A DNA stretch of 64,000 nt from a bacterium ADurb.Bin212 (GCA_002070055.1 MWCM01000004.1:10257-74256); one strand, 5' to 3'. Counted from the first letter of the stretch, positions 49,901-57,959 are shown. Made by a program: numbers and translations. Notes: generated by a model from the sequence alone, not told the origin.

Positions 49901-51255
49901 GAGCCAGGGGTAGCAGATCTAAGGGTTACTATTCTACTTGAGGAACCAGCAATAGTTAGTGTCTTACTAGCTGCACAAGAGAGCTTACCTGCGGAGCCAT
50001 CGGCAGAGGCAGGGAAGGTTAAGTTACCTGATTGAATGTTTAGGGCACCATCGGTTAGAGTTAGATACTTTAGGTTAGCGGTACCATTGTAGTAGAGGGT
50101 ACCTGCTGTCTTGTTTATTACTACATTATCATTAGCTGTTCCTCCTGAACCATCTAGGTATTGGTTGCCGGTAGAGGTGTTGAAGGCTATGGTGGCGCTG
50201 CCACCAGTAGAATCTCCTATGTTGTAACGGCAGTCATCTCGGGTTAGAGAGACAGTTCTACCTGAGCCATCTAGTTTGCCTTTTTGGATAATAAGGTCAT
50301 CTCTAATGTTGAAGTTATTGGTATTTATAGTAACGGCAGTAGAGTTGGTGTCTTTGTTTATCTTTAGAGCATAGAGATCTAAGTTAGCTTTGGGAGTAAA
50401 GTTGGAGGCGGAGCCAGTGAGGGTTAAAGTAGAGGTGGAGTAAGTAAAGGTGCCACTACCAGCAGTACCTAGTAGATCTACATCACCAGCTACTTTAATC
50501 TCTGAGGAACCAGCAGAGAGAGTACCATCTTGCCAAGTTAGGGTTTCTGAGATAGTTAGGATTTGACCATTGGTGTTAAAGGTACGGGAGAAGTTACCAG
50601 CATCTAAGGAAGAGACACGAGCTACACTCTGGTCTGAGGTTAAGATTAGATCTTGGGTGGCGGTGGAGTCGAAGACTATGTAATCTTCTGCTCCGGGTAC
50701 TCCGGAGCTACAGTTACTCCAGTTATCAGCATCTTCCCAGCTAGTAGAGTTGGTGCCTTTCCAAGTGCAAGTTTTGGCATCGGCTAAAGCTTTCTGATAC
50801 ATAGCGGGATATATGGCTTGGAGGAAGTAAACACTTGTTACCACGAAGAAGAGTAAGGCTCCGAAGTGAAGGCTGGATGAATAGGGGTTTAGGTGCCATA
50901 CATAGTATAGTTTACTCTTAGTACGAAGGTAGTTGTGTACTGGGGCAAGCTTTTTGAAGGAGGTGCGGGTGGAGCGCTGGACTTGGGCGATCTGTTTGTC
51001 TAGTTCAGTAGCTTCGGCTCTTGCTTCGGCTTCCAACTGTCTTTCGATCGCTTCTTTCTTTCTAAATACCGACTCTTTCTCTTCTTCGATTTTTTCTATG
51101 ATCTTTTTTTGCTCTGCCTCTTCTCTTGCGGCCATTCTTTCTAACCTAACTTGTTCCCTTTTGCTTTTTCTGCTCAAAACAGAAAATGCCGCATAAAAAA
51201 CATGCAGAACTCTTTCAAAAAAAATATTTACCTTTTTAATAACTCTTCTTTTCAA
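40933..51255 (-). CDS. giant (3440 aa) membrane-anchored surface protein. It has an N-terminal cytoplasmic coiled coil, one TM, Gly-rich beta-helix-type repeats and multiple FN3-like C-terminal domains
   Basis: Single uninterrupted ORF. TM is LHFGALLFFVVTSVYFLQAIY. Recurring GGxGxxG/GSGG beta-solenoid-like repeats occur. FN3-like modules lie in the last ~600 aa. No signal peptidase site, so this is a type II orientation. Confidence 0.8.
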   Translation of the reverse strand: MKRRVIKKVNIFFERVLHVFYAAFSVLSRKSKREQVRLERMAAREEAEQKKIIEKIEEEKESVFRKKEAIERQLEAEARAEATELDKQIAQVQRSTRTSFKKLAPVHNYLRTKSKLYYVWHLNPYSSSLHFGALLFFVVTSVYFLQAIYPAMYQKALADAKTCTWKGTNSTSWEDADNWSNCSSGVPGAEDYIVFDSTATQDLILTSDQSVARVSSLDAGNFSRTFNTNGQILTISETLTWQDGTLSAGSSEIKVAGDVDLLGTAGSGTFTYSTSTLTLTGSASNFTPKANLDLYALKINKDTNSTAVTINTNNFNIRDDLIIQKGKLDGSGRTVSLTRDDCRYNIGDSTGGSATIAFNTSTGNQYLDGSGGTANDNVVINKTAGTLYYNGTANLKYLTLTDGALNIQSGNLTFPASADGSAGKLSCAASKTLTIAGSSSRIVTLRSATPGSTWYFENNCGLTTADYLDVKDSYNTNHATANIVATNSIDSGNNTGWDFSSSPLATNNWIADTDSNWNNTANWSLSHVPTSGERAYFNSSHLGNCNIDTSINIAGLLISDYTATITQNSNSITIGTSAFIQNSGTFTGGDAAIGFSGDGSDLVINSGSFTATSGTMTFASMAKFIHSGGTFSHNSGTVVFSGTSSATLASIDIPNNGIFYNLTINLGSNGYNLKINSDDTVTVAGVLNTAVGKLSTGTVDLNGTLSSSATFGGGDGKILINDGQTVNISDGWMLPSIDLQNGTLNAPANGTMIFANAADFTIGESGIFNHNNGTIALIGSGGDSTIFTIDSPSSLEINSLLVNLANDAYNLAVATGDTLKVDGALTLTEGSFRSGIIDLNGTLSSSATFGGGDGKILINDGQTVNISDGWMLPSIDLQNGTLNAPANGTMIFANAADFTIGESGIFNHNNGTVAFYWKFASSTSVIDVQATEDFYNFTVDMPNNAYTLTITSGDSIIVNGTLGLNVGKVNTGTIEAKGDVVVESTFGGGNSPINFTGTGTQTMSVASGGILPSGVITVDKSGGSATISGTATIANNINLTAGTLNFAAGGSYTVVANKTITTSAGTNLRFAGESGSLVTLLSNTPGTRWNIADSGNVYANYVDVTDSNNSSGTIYALNTTQDNCVGWDTTSTAKTWDGGASTTVWNDGNNWNPDGAPDPNDTVTLDTANTITTNADINFGSLVLGGSNATTLQFTNNIGTGGSITVTGTGTLEQSNAVTQTILSDVVVQSGGTITHTANTTTEQYKLMLAVQGDIDLQSGGSINTDGKGYEKRSGPGASTGGQMGATYGGTGFLNTKNTYGSFENPTDLGSGGYNINESSGGGAAIIAAKGSFNVSGSVTSDGMGYLCCSYVGYGSGGSINISTKELTGNGIVRAKGGQMTDPILGGYGGGGGRISFAGVEKDSYSGIINANGSDAEDSRAGTIYLSPDKRANWTISNGQIYRLGSDGVNNYNFGNITIQSGGILELDSNPLMNDSGGGAATLYANNITIDEGGILKADGLGISSGGPGEGSGGMVGGTYGGKGYGNIKSGYGSIENPISLGSKGSGGNDSWGGYRWSSGGGAVILSLSGELTVNGTISANGLTSNTCASTGSGSGGSINITASILTGSSTGKIEAKGGEPSCNTGTGGGGRISFAGVTTDNFLGGVSVKTILSYDKGYAGTIYFNEQKRTSWTIANGQSYRLGTDGTNDYTFGNITIQSGGILEIDGDPTLNDGKGGAATINATNVTVESGGILKADELGFYAHSGPGYSGTQYSGGSYGGTGGNGGSTYGATYSPNPVYLGSGGYSGTGGGAVLLNVSETFTNAGIISANGKSNVSGNGAGGTINIKAGTINSNGGTITVNGGAKSGYCGGGGGRIVLRALDSYTSPSTLTANGGTGSPAGTNGSVYVNVSPSSAAISSPTNGATNQSQVKEFAFNATDTINCSVDGEGAGTCTPNVSDYLRYKLELADDSGFTTNNHTFTQGSDVAGQTVTDNGLTVAFSGQDSQGSTAYASGTTASATISSSTPLIQNHTYYVRISAIDPGGIDSFDGSAHYSSYSSVSSFTVSPIDKTVFTVGGGQTIRSADTSTCSSIITFEVRNAINEAVKMEAGRQATSTFILSDGEASGGFYSNSNCTTAIPSNQLTVANGSATASFYYKNTVSSSSTYTLTASETPSQGWSDASTTIQVNPGNLDHFTFTDYETTRTTDQTFSGTITAYDSLNNVKFDYYGSDAQIWFTSTADSYSYPAILPAKSSAKYQFQASDQGSKIFSNSFQLRKVGSHTITFHHDAYDNKSVDQLILNSATITVNPGEAFDFVLEDYPASTPEWSKYVISGSTWDIGGNGAPYDIKVTVKDQFSNTKTDYIDRKVWFELYDAQENQASYSFTYDTEGNAYSYLAGDAGIHTFSPAAFMSESSGRNMKFRVRNETIHHDFNIYVKPLGLDHFNIGLSEQISRDGTSWDQSVDSELSGESGPVSLTVTAYDVLGYVKTDYAANPDTGYGYIYFWSPDRSADDGSGNYLVNQELPYFRDTGDAADTSHCFAFPASSAGTHTFTGDDEIFKLYKGGRRKIYVSECIAPTSPYAISDLLKDDHIAGNWPGTNLVKSGVFPVTNPPETIAVATHVPGSTHLDDDHTDNANNNFTVGPGDQKLSLSWKNPIDVPANTDAKIHIFQSSNGVDFVELATPRPIINGAGMWQTQDISGLTNEQQYWFKLKAGFRRSDNSEILSDFSITMDGVPKAIAPIDVSATQLDRNDPENPGKVRVDFKLRFESTTTFSYFNPSNLSWNPITDSAISGEKGILSGNFDEPVSHVAYIDMNADFDGQYLATSFKVRVNVAVAGQGSSNSESPNMRIDTKNPSNATLVIDATNNTIANLTINADDDSNPIEMIISTKENFEGANWENYSTSKVDFDITGASHVYIKFRDMYFNDAEISTEIRPIPANLQIKDASNIATSKYRLVLIWDDAANVDHYNVWRSTDNINYQKIDTTTKNGYLDINLDTNNLYAYKVTSEDANHNISLPAGPVSSQPGAAPDVTAEPQVELFGWRQDSGVRAKITWNTDQLADSNVAHSTGEINSGADMTTKDGSSVQIAASPELTYNHEIWLYNLNPSAKYYFKAFSKNEIQIAGHSEVLSFTTPERVPLLIQGMEISDITIDSAVTSWSTSKLATTEVEYSNSAISGDSTPTGAIKLTDNNMNTDHTFKLENLSSGVKYYLRIKTTDADGNTTVSDIYTFETFAMPVISSVMVREVGYNSVTVEWLTNVSADSNVEFGVNSILSGTQGKADSTNLHSVSLIGLEPKTTYNYRVLSKDKFGNLATSAISSFTTATDVDAPKIIDVKSEVASTGSGESIKYQAIVSWDTDEPATSQIEFAMGIGGEYTDTTEAILSLNSSHVVILPDLKPNSAYHFRIKSIDKVGNVAYSDDISLITPPKEKSLLQVVLKSLEDTFSWVGRLRDKWSK
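48522..49160 (-). repeat. near-identical tandem duplication inside the giant gene (period 414 bp, or 138 aa; the identical core is ~225 bp)
   Basis: 48522-48746 and 48936-49160 are essentially identical. They encode NGTLSSSATFGGGDGKILINDGQTVNISDGWMLPSIDLQNGTLNAPANGTMIFANAADFTIGESGIFNHNNGT twice. Confidence 0.85.
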
Positions 51256-51274
51256 TTATATATGAATAATTATC

Positions 51275-51466
51275 TTATTTTATATTCATCTCCACTAAAA
51301 ATTTTGATATCAGATAAGCAATGCCAAAACCCAATAAGGTACAAACCAGATATATGATAAGCGTTAATAAATACCAAAAACTTTGTCCCATAAGAAGCAT
51401 TTTGCCAATTGATGGAACTGAGTTTTTATTGGTTTCTTTTGGGGTTTTTTGCCAAAACATTTTCAT
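51275..51466 (-). CDS. small membrane protein (63 aa), coupled to the ABC permease
   Basis: One TM (FWYLLTLIIYLVCTLLGFGIAYLI). Its start is adjacent to the permease stop. Confidence 0.4.
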   Translation of the reverse strand: MKMFWQKTPKETNKNSVPSIGKMLLMGQSFWYLLTLIIYLVCTLLGFGIAYLISKFLVEMNIK

Positions 51467-52653
51467 TATTCATACCTCAATGCGTCTAATGGATTAAGTT
51501 TAGAAGCTCGCTTCGATGGGTAAAAACCTGTACCTATACCAACAGCCATAGAAAACAACACAATTATTAAGGCAAAAACAATCGGCATACTAAACAGATT
51601 TTGTGCCTCTCCCCCAACACTTTGTGCCAAAATATTTATTACAAAATTAATAATTTTTGCTGTTAACCAACCGCCTATCACTCCAAGTAACCCACCAGAC
51701 GTAGCAATTAAGGCAGATTCAAATAGAAAAATCTTTGAAACATCTCTATCTTTTACGCCGATTGATTTCATAATCCCGATATCGCGAGTTCTCTCCAAAA
51801 GGGCTATAGTCATGGTATTAAACATACCGATTGAGGCCACCATTAAAGCTACAAAACCGAAAAACGCTAGAACCAACTGGATAATATTGAATATTCTGTC
51901 AACTTGACTGATTGTATCAGCGATAGAGGTAACCGAGTAACCCATAGAAGATATTTGGCTCTTTACATCCTGAATTTTACTTTGGTCTCCCACTTTTACC
52001 TTTACCGAATTGTAAACCAACGGCCAACTGATATCTTTAACCACAGAAGCTTTAGGAAAGAAAGCGTAAGAAGTAGAGTCGTCTTTTATGACACCAATTA
52101 TCTTATACTGTTTTTTGACACTAATCTTTTCTCTAGTAGAACTGTTGACCATAATTACATTAACATTTGCTTCTTTCATTAAAGCATTGTTTTCCTCAAC
52201 ATTGATCGCCTTAAGAAGCGCAGTCGAGACCACTGCATCACCTGGACTGTTAGCAAAAAATGCGCCCAATACAGGATTTATACCTTCGAGTTTGGCGTAA
52301 TCATCATCAATAAAATTCCCAACAGCATCTGTTTGCTTTCCCTCAAATTCAAATTTTGTTCCCATGGAAAGCAACGGGGAGATTTTGCCGATATCTTGCA
52401 TTTTCTTTAATTTTTCGATGAACTGGTCATCAACCAGTTGCGAGGAGTTTTTTCCAGGAGACACATCTAAAGTGTTGATTGCCTCTATGGAAGCGATTTT
52501 TTTGATTGACAGCTCCTGTAGTCCATAACCAAGAGACACCAAAAAAACTATTGTAGCGATACCAATCGAAATACCAACCACAGTAAGAAGCGTTCTCATC
52601 CTGTTTGATTTAAGGTTGGTTAGCGATATCCTAAATATCTCTGATAATTTCAT
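51466..52653 (-). CDS. ABC transporter permease, MacB/FtsX-like
   Basis: N-terminal TM, a large periplasmic-type loop and three C-terminal TM segments with the FtsX-domain signature (IGIMKSIGVKDRDVSKIFLFESALI). Confidence 0.8.
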   Translation of the reverse strand: MKLSEIFRISLTNLKSNRMRTLLTVVGISIGIATIVFLVSLGYGLQELSIKKIASIEAINTLDVSPGKNSSQLVDDQFIEKLKKMQDIGKISPLLSMGTKFEFEGKQTDAVGNFIDDDYAKLEGINPVLGAFFANSPGDAVVSTALLKAINVEENNALMKEANVNVIMVNSSTREKISVKKQYKIIGVIKDDSTSYAFFPKASVVKDISWPLVYNSVKVKVGDQSKIQDVKSQISSMGYSVTSIADTISQVDRIFNIIQLVLAFFGFVALMVASIGMFNTMTIALLERTRDIGIMKSIGVKDRDVSKIFLFESALIATSGGLLGVIGGWLTAKIINFVINILAQSVGGEAQNLFSMPIVFALIIVLFSMAVGIGTGFYPSKRASKLNPLDALRYE

Positions 52654-52664
52654 TTATCCCCTCT

Positions 52665-53423
52665 CTAGCTCTGCTCTAGGGCATGAGACTTTAAATCGAA
52701 ATCCCCGACCTGTTTTAATTCAGGTCTGTTGTGGTTTATTTCAACCCGATCTATATAGCCGTCTTTAACATGAAAAATTTTTGATGCGTATTTTAGATGG
52801 TCTGCGTTATGTGTAACCAAAATTATTGTTCTTTTGGATTTGATATTTAGATAGTAGAAGATATTCATTACCTCTTCGGAGGACTTAGAATCCAGATTGC
52901 CAGTCGGCTCATCACAAATTAGAACCCACGGATTAGTGGCCAGAGCCCTAGACATTGCAACACGTTGTTGTTGCCCACCAGAAAGTTCGGTAGGAATATT
53001 ATTAAAATGTTTTGCTAGGCCAAAAGTATGCAACAGGCTGGCGGCCCTATTCATTGCTCTCTCTCTGGTGTGGCCTGCGGCAATTAAAGGCAACGCAACA
53101 TTTTCTTGAACAGTAAGAGATTTAAGAAGATTGAACTGCTGGAAAACGATGCCGATTTTGCTTTGTCTAAACTCCGCCAACTGATCCGGAGTGTAATCTC
53201 CAACATTTTCTCCTCTAACTAACAGCTTGCCTTCACTAGGCACTTCCAATCCAGAACAGAGATTTAAAATTGTTGATTTACCACAACCCGAGGGGCCAAA
53301 AAATACTACATAGTCGCCAGACTCCACCTCAAAATCCACACCGTGAATTATCTCTATGGTATTTTTGCCAACGTTAAAACTTTTCTTGACCTTAATTGCT
53401 TCAATAATTTTAGTTTTAGGCAT
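52665..53423 (-). CDS. ABC transporter ATP-binding protein (MacB/LolD-type)
   Basis: Walker [11 protein letters not shown]-loop, signature [15 protein letters not shown], Walker [13 protein letters not shown]. Confidence 0.9.
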   Translation of the reverse strand: MPKTKIIEAIKVKKSFNVGKNTIEIIHGVDFEVESGDYVVFFGPSGCGKSTILNLCSGLEVPSEGKLLVRGENVGDYTPDQLAEFRQSKIGIVFQQFNLLKSLTVQENVALPLIAAGHTRERAMNRAASLLHTFGLAKHFNNIPTELSGGQQQRVAMSRALATNPWVLICDEPTGNLDSKSSEEVMNIFYYLNIKSKRTIILVTHNADHLKYASKIFHVKDGYIDRVEINHNRPELKQVGDFDLKSHALEQS

Positions 53424-53426
53424 AAA

Positions 53427-54083
53427 CTAGCCCCCAACCGCAACTAATATACTACTCGCCTGCTCATTATCGCCATCGATCTCAAGCGCCCTTCTGGCAT
53501 AAGCGGCAGAAACCGCATTGTCACCCATTTTCATGGCGACTGAGGCGGCTGTGACCAGAAGTTGGCTTGAATTTGGCAGGACTGTTAGCCCCTTCTCGAT
53601 TATTGCCAAAGCTTCAGTTTTATTGCTAAGAGATTGATATAAAGCAGATAAACTTACATAGGCCTGGGTATTTCTGGGATATTTTTCAATAGCCTCTTTA
53701 TAGATTCTGATGGCATTGTCCGTATCGCCCTTCGCCTGATGAGCAGCCGCTGACATGTTCATTAATGATACTGATTCTAGATTATTTTCCTGATAAATTT
53801 TTAGAAAATCATCGTATCGTTTTTGCATAAAGTAATAGCTTGCTAGTTTGGTGGCAATTTCTTTATCATCCCGATTGTTTTTTAAGTAGTTCTCCATGAC
53901 AATCACAGCAGCAGTCCCGTCTGTTGATTCATACAATTGATTAGCCAAAGACAAAACCTCCTCTTTGCTTTTTGGTTGCTGGTTGCTTCTTTCCAACACA
54001 TAAGAAAGCGAGGCAAAAACCGCAATTACCACTAAAAGAGCTGCTATGATATTGTACTTTTTGTTATACAGATTTTTTTTCAT
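53427..54083 (-). CDS. TPR-repeat protein with an N-terminal signal anchor (paralog of the 40241 gene)
   Basis: TM is IIAALLVVIAVFASLSYVL. TPR repeats follow. The C-terminal half aligns with the TPR1 C-terminus. Confidence 0.65.
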   Translation of the reverse strand: MKKNLYNKKYNIIAALLVVIAVFASLSYVLERSNQQPKSKEEVLSLANQLYESTDGTAAVIVMENYLKNNRDDKEIATKLASYYFMQKRYDDFLKIYQENNLESVSLMNMSAAAHQAKGDTDNAIRIYKEAIEKYPRNTQAYVSLSALYQSLSNKTEALAIIEKGLTVLPNSSQLLVTAASVAMKMGDNAVSAAYARRALEIDGDNEQASSILVAVGG

Positions 54084-54141
54084 TTCCCCTACAATTTTTA
54101 TAATTCTATTATATCTTATTGCAATTATCAGCTACAAGCGT

Positions 54142-54516
54142 CTACCTACTCCACCTCTCCCTTAGTCTCCCAACCCAAGAGAAGGTATCTTCCAGTGATT
54201 TAATAATGACTTGGAGTAAAGACTTCTCTTTGGGAGGTGTAATAAGAGATATATCATCGGAGTAGGCGACGTTCCCAACCAGATCTTTTGAAACAATTCT
54301 AAAATGGTAAGCTGAGTCGGCTTTTTCCTCTATCTTTTCCTTTTTATCTTTTATGTTCTCGATTAATTGTTGTTGCTCTCTTTCCTCCTTGGCCGCAAGC
54401 CTTTCCAATTTAAGTTGTGTTTTTTTATTATTCTTAAATACCAAAAAAACAACCTTCTTAACAAGCGCCAAAAAAGGTTTAAAGGTCCCAACAACTCTCT
54501 TTAAACACGGTTTCAA
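54142..54516 (-). pseudogene. collapsed paralog of the giant surface-protein gene, retaining only the N-terminal cytoplasmic coiled coil and the last ~55 codons
   Basis: Residues LKLERLAAKEEREQQQLIENIKDKKEKIEEK parallel the giant N-terminus (VRLERMAAREEAEQKKIIEKIEEEKE). Residues SAYHFRIVSKDLVGNVAYSDDISLITPPKEKSLLQVIIKSLEDTFSWVGRLRERWSR parallel the giant C-terminus nearly residue for residue. There is no TM. Confidence 0.55.
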
Positions 54517-54644
54517 ACTCCCCCCGGTTAGTATGAACTAATTATACCTAAACTGAGCGTAATAATCAAAATGATTATTGCAAAATATTAAGTCCTATAA
54601 AAACAATATCACCGGTTTAATTTGATTATTGGAACAATAGAAAA

Positions 54645-57170
54645 CTATTTGAGATCTTGGGCAGATATTGTTATGCTATCACCCTTGTTTAACTCGCCGC
54701 CAAGAAGCTTTTTGGCCAACATATCCTCGACTTTTTCCTGAATTGTGCGGGCCATCGGCCTTGCACCCATTTGTGGGTCAAAACCGATCTCGGCCAGATA
54801 TTTAACAGTATCCGGGGTTACACTCAAATCCACACCCTTGTTTTGGTATAAAGTTTGAGCCAAGCTCTTAAGCATTAGGGTTGCTATCTGCTCTATCTCC
54901 GGTTTAGATAGCGGGGAAAAGACAATTACTCCTGTAAATCGGTTTATAAACTCCGGCCTATAGATATTGGAATCGATAATATAGTCCATTAAAGATTTTT
55001 TGAGACTCTCATACTCTATGCCGCTACCGATTGATTGCTTTATTACATTAGCTCCAGCATTTGATGTAGCAATTATTATCGAGTTGGTAAATGATACCTT
55101 GCGACCACTGCCATCAGTAAGATGGCCTTCGTCCAGTATCTGTAAAAAGAGATTTAAGATGTCGGGGTTGGCTTTTTCTAGCTCATCAAAAAGCAAGAGT
55201 GAAAAAGGATGTTCTCTAATAGCAGTGGTAAGTTGACCGGGAGTCTCTTCGCCATCCATAGAGGCTCCAATAAAGCGATAGATATCTTGTTTGTTTTGAT
55301 ATTCACTCATATCAAATCTAATCATTCTATCTTGATCGCCAAAATATGCTTCAGCTAAAGCCTTAGCAGTTTCTGTTTTTCCAACACCAGTAGAACCTAA
55401 GAAAAGGAATGAACCGATAGGTTTTTTGGTTTCGGTAACCCCTGCCCTAGTGCGCCTAAGCGCATTGGCAATGGCATTGATTGCTTGAGCTTGGCCAATC
55501 ACACGCTGATGCATTATCTCTTCTAAATGCAACAGCTTATTTTTCTCCTCCTCCCCCACTGCGCTGGTTGGCACATCATACTTCTCTGAAACATATTCAT
55601 CTATATCACTGGCGACAATTATGGTTTGCTTGCGCTCCGATGTAGCCTTAGCAGAGGCACCATCTAAAAGATTGATTGATTTCTCCGGATTGGGCAGGTT
55701 CATGATATATTTATCTGCAGCCTTGATGGTCTGTTTTATGGCCCCATAGGTGATAAGAGAGTTAGTGTGATATTCAATAGACGGCACCACATCCTCTAAA
55801 ATTCTTACCATCTCATCTAAACTCGGCTCCTCAATATTAATCTTGGTGAACCTTTCAATTAAAGCCGAATTGGTTGAAATATAGCGGCTATAACTGGCGA
55901 TATCGCAGGTGCCGATAATATATAAATCGCTGGTCTCTAGATATGGCAGAAGAACCTCAACGGCATTAACTTTGCCGGCATCACCGGAGGAGAAGATATT
56001 CTGGATATTTTCGATAAAGAGAATAATATTCCCGGCGGCAACTGCCTCGTTTAGAATTGAAGTTAGGCGCTGAGTTATTTCGCCACCGCTACCTGCACCC
56101 GCCAACAAAGCATCTAAGTCAATCTGCAGCAGATGTTTGTTGCGTAAAGTCCCCATGGCTGTGCCGTTTTCCACCTTCTTGGCAAAGCCCATAACAGTAG
56201 TTTTCTTACCTACCCCCGCTTCGCCGACTAAAATAACATTGCCTCCCCTTTGCCGCGTTAGTGACTCCTCCATCTCCTTAATCTCTTTGTCGTGTCCAAC
56301 AATATCTAAATCTAGTCCGTATTTGGCAATTGATTCCGTCATATCTCTGGCATACTGTTTTAGAAGAGGAGCAAAACCGTATATCCAATCCCTGCCAATC
56401 CCCCCACTTAAATGCAGGTTATCCGGATCAAAAGCTCGATTTTTTTGATCGATGTTTCTTCTAATAACCATCGTCTGCCAATAAACTATGTTGGCAAGGT
56501 CAGCAATCTCGATATGAATATCACTTATAAATGATTTAAGGGGCAAATAGCTCTCGCACAAAGCGATAAATAGATCGCCGCACTCAATTTGACGATGCGA
56601 TTCCGAAACGGCGATTTTTAGAGAACGGGCTACGACATCATTTAACGAGAGTTCTTGATTGGCACTTTTTAAATATGGTTCAATGGACTTTTTTGAATAG
56701 CCAAGCCGAGCCATAATAAAATCCAAATCTTTGGATTCCAATAGAGACAATGTTAGTTTGCCGGCATCTTCACTTTTGCCGGAAAGATTGCGCAAATAAT
56801 GATTCCAAGATTTTGCCAGCTCAAAGGAGAAGATTGAGTATAGATTTATCTCTTGGCCACTTTCGGCTTTCTCCAACGCCTCGGTTAGTGAAATTGGTTT
56901 GGGGTGCTTAATCTTTGACAAATAAAAACGGCGCACAGCCAAATAATATAAAAACGCCGCGGTAGCTAAATTTACTAATAGATAGTAGCTTTTTTCCAAT
57001 TCAACAAAGTCTGCCATATTAGCCAAAACTACAACAATACTACCCAAACCTACTAACCAAATAATAAAAGCAATGGCAGCAAACAAGAAATTGCCAAACA
57101 TAGCATCAAAAGCGACCGCCTTAGCGATAATAGTGCCCCTTGGATCAATTTTGTATTTGTAGTCGGCCAA
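54645..57170 (-). CDS. membrane-anchored ClpC/ClpB-like double AAA+ ATPase (D1 apparently degenerate)
   Basis: Two N-terminal TM helices. Clp-N-like repeats are present. D1 has Walker A GEAGVGKKT but the Walker B position reads ILFIENIQ, with no DE. D2 is canonical: GSTGVGKTE, LLLFDELEKA, and the sensor-2/ClpB_D2-small region GARPMARTIQ. Confidence 0.75.
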   Translation of the reverse strand: MADYKYKIDPRGTIIAKAVAFDAMFGNFLFAAIAFIIWLVGLGSIVVVLANMADFVELEKSYYLLVNLATAAFLYYLAVRRFYLSKIKHPKPISLTEALEKAESGQEINLYSIFSFELAKSWNHYLRNLSGKSEDAGKLTLSLLESKDLDFIMARLGYSKKSIEPYLKSANQELSLNDVVARSLKIAVSESHRQIECGDLFIALCESYLPLKSFISDIHIEIADLANIVYWQTMVIRRNIDQKNRAFDPDNLHLSGGIGRDWIYGFAPLLKQYARDMTESIAKYGLDLDIVGHDKEIKEMEESLTRQRGGNVILVGEAGVGKKTTVMGFAKKVENGTAMGTLRNKHLLQIDLDALLAGAGSGGEITQRLTSILNEAVAAGNIILFIENIQNIFSSGDAGKVNAVEVLLPYLETSDLYIIGTCDIASYSRYISTNSALIERFTKINIEEPSLDEMVRILEDVVPSIEYHTNSLITYGAIKQTIKAADKYIMNLPNPEKSINLLDGASAKATSERKQTIIVASDIDEYVSEKYDVPTSAVGEEEKNKLLHLEEIMHQRVIGQAQAINAIANALRRTRAGVTETKKPIGSFLFLGSTGVGKTETAKALAEAYFGDQDRMIRFDMSEYQNKQDIYRFIGASMDGEETPGQLTTAIREHPFSLLLFDELEKANPDILNLFLQILDEGHLTDGSGRKVSFTNSIIIATSNAGANVIKQSIGSGIEYESLKKSLMDYIIDSNIYRPEFINRFTGVIVFSPLSKPEIEQIATLMLKSLAQTLYQNKGVDLSVTPDTVKYLAEIGFDPQMGARPMARTIQEKVEDMLAKKLLGGELNKGDSITISAQDLK

Positions 57171-57172
57171 AG

Positions 57173-57553
57173 TTATTTAAAAGCTCGATATATTAAGAAT
57201 ATTATTATTGCCGGATACAATAGCCAAACCAGAACAGCTAGAAAAGCAAAAACAGATAAGATAAGCGCAAAAATCAAGTAGCAAAAAATTGTCATAGATT
57301 TAATCATAAAACCTATCAACCGGGATGCCAGATTTAAAGACCAGACTTGAAACTTTTGTTGTAAACTCAAACCCTCATACGAAATTGAATCTCTCTTCCA
57401 TGGCGCAAAAAGAGTTTTAAGACAAATTTTTACAGAGAATAAATCAAAGGAAAAAATATAAGCGGCTTTTAGGTACTTCAAAAGACGCATGTACGCTTCG
57501 CCATACCACCACTTAAAAAAATATAAAGTTAGGCTATTCCCCTCCATTATCAA
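57173..57553 (-). CDS. hypothetical membrane protein (126 aa)
   Basis: ORF with two or three hydrophobic helices. It is adjacent to the ClpC-like gene start. Confidence 0.35.
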   Translation of the reverse strand: MIMEGNSLTLYFFKWWYGEAYMRLLKYLKAAYIFSFDLFSVKICLKTLFAPWKRDSISYEGLSLQQKFQVWSLNLASRLIGFMIKSMTIFCYLIFALILSVFAFLAVLVWLLYPAIIIFLIYRAFK

Positions 57554-57629
57554 CCTGAATTATGAATTATGAATAAAGAATTCCGCCTTTGATTACCGGA
57601 ATCAACTTTTATTCATTATTCTTGATTCA

Positions 57630-57842
57630 TTATTCCAAACTAATTGCTTGCACCGGACAAGCGGTAATCGCCTCTTCTATGAGCTTTTGATCGGATTCGT
57701 TGTATTCTTTAATAACTACAGATTTTCCCTCATCGTTAAGCTCAAAATAATCAGGAGCAACGCTAACGCATCCTCCGCAACCAATACAGATATCTTGGTC
57801 TACTACGATTTTCTTGGCTTGTACCTCTTCTGACATTTTCAT
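57630..57842 (-). CDS. small 4Fe-4S ferredoxin
   Basis: CIGCGGCVSVAP...ACPVQAI in 70 aa. Confidence 0.7.
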   Translation of the reverse strand: MKMSEEVQAKKIVVDQDICIGCGGCVSVAPDYFELNDEGKSVVIKEYNESDQKLIEEAITACPVQAISLE

Positions 57843-57959
57843 TCTCCTTTATTAATACTTGCTCCCCTTCATCTCCTATAATATATCATTAAACGCTAAT
57901 ATTCTAGAGCATATTATGCAATCGGACTATTGAATAATAATATTAAATCACAAAAACCC

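Noticed and set aside
41000-51200. Numerous plus-strand ORFs (60-125 aa, Pro/Leu/Val-rich) inside the giant gene, e.g. 45683-45916, 46286-46663, 47624-47896 and 48143-48454
   Set aside because: They are antisense to a 10.3-kb uninterrupted ORF with clear domain repeats. Their Pro-rich translations are the antisense signature of Gly-rich codons (GGN read as NCC).
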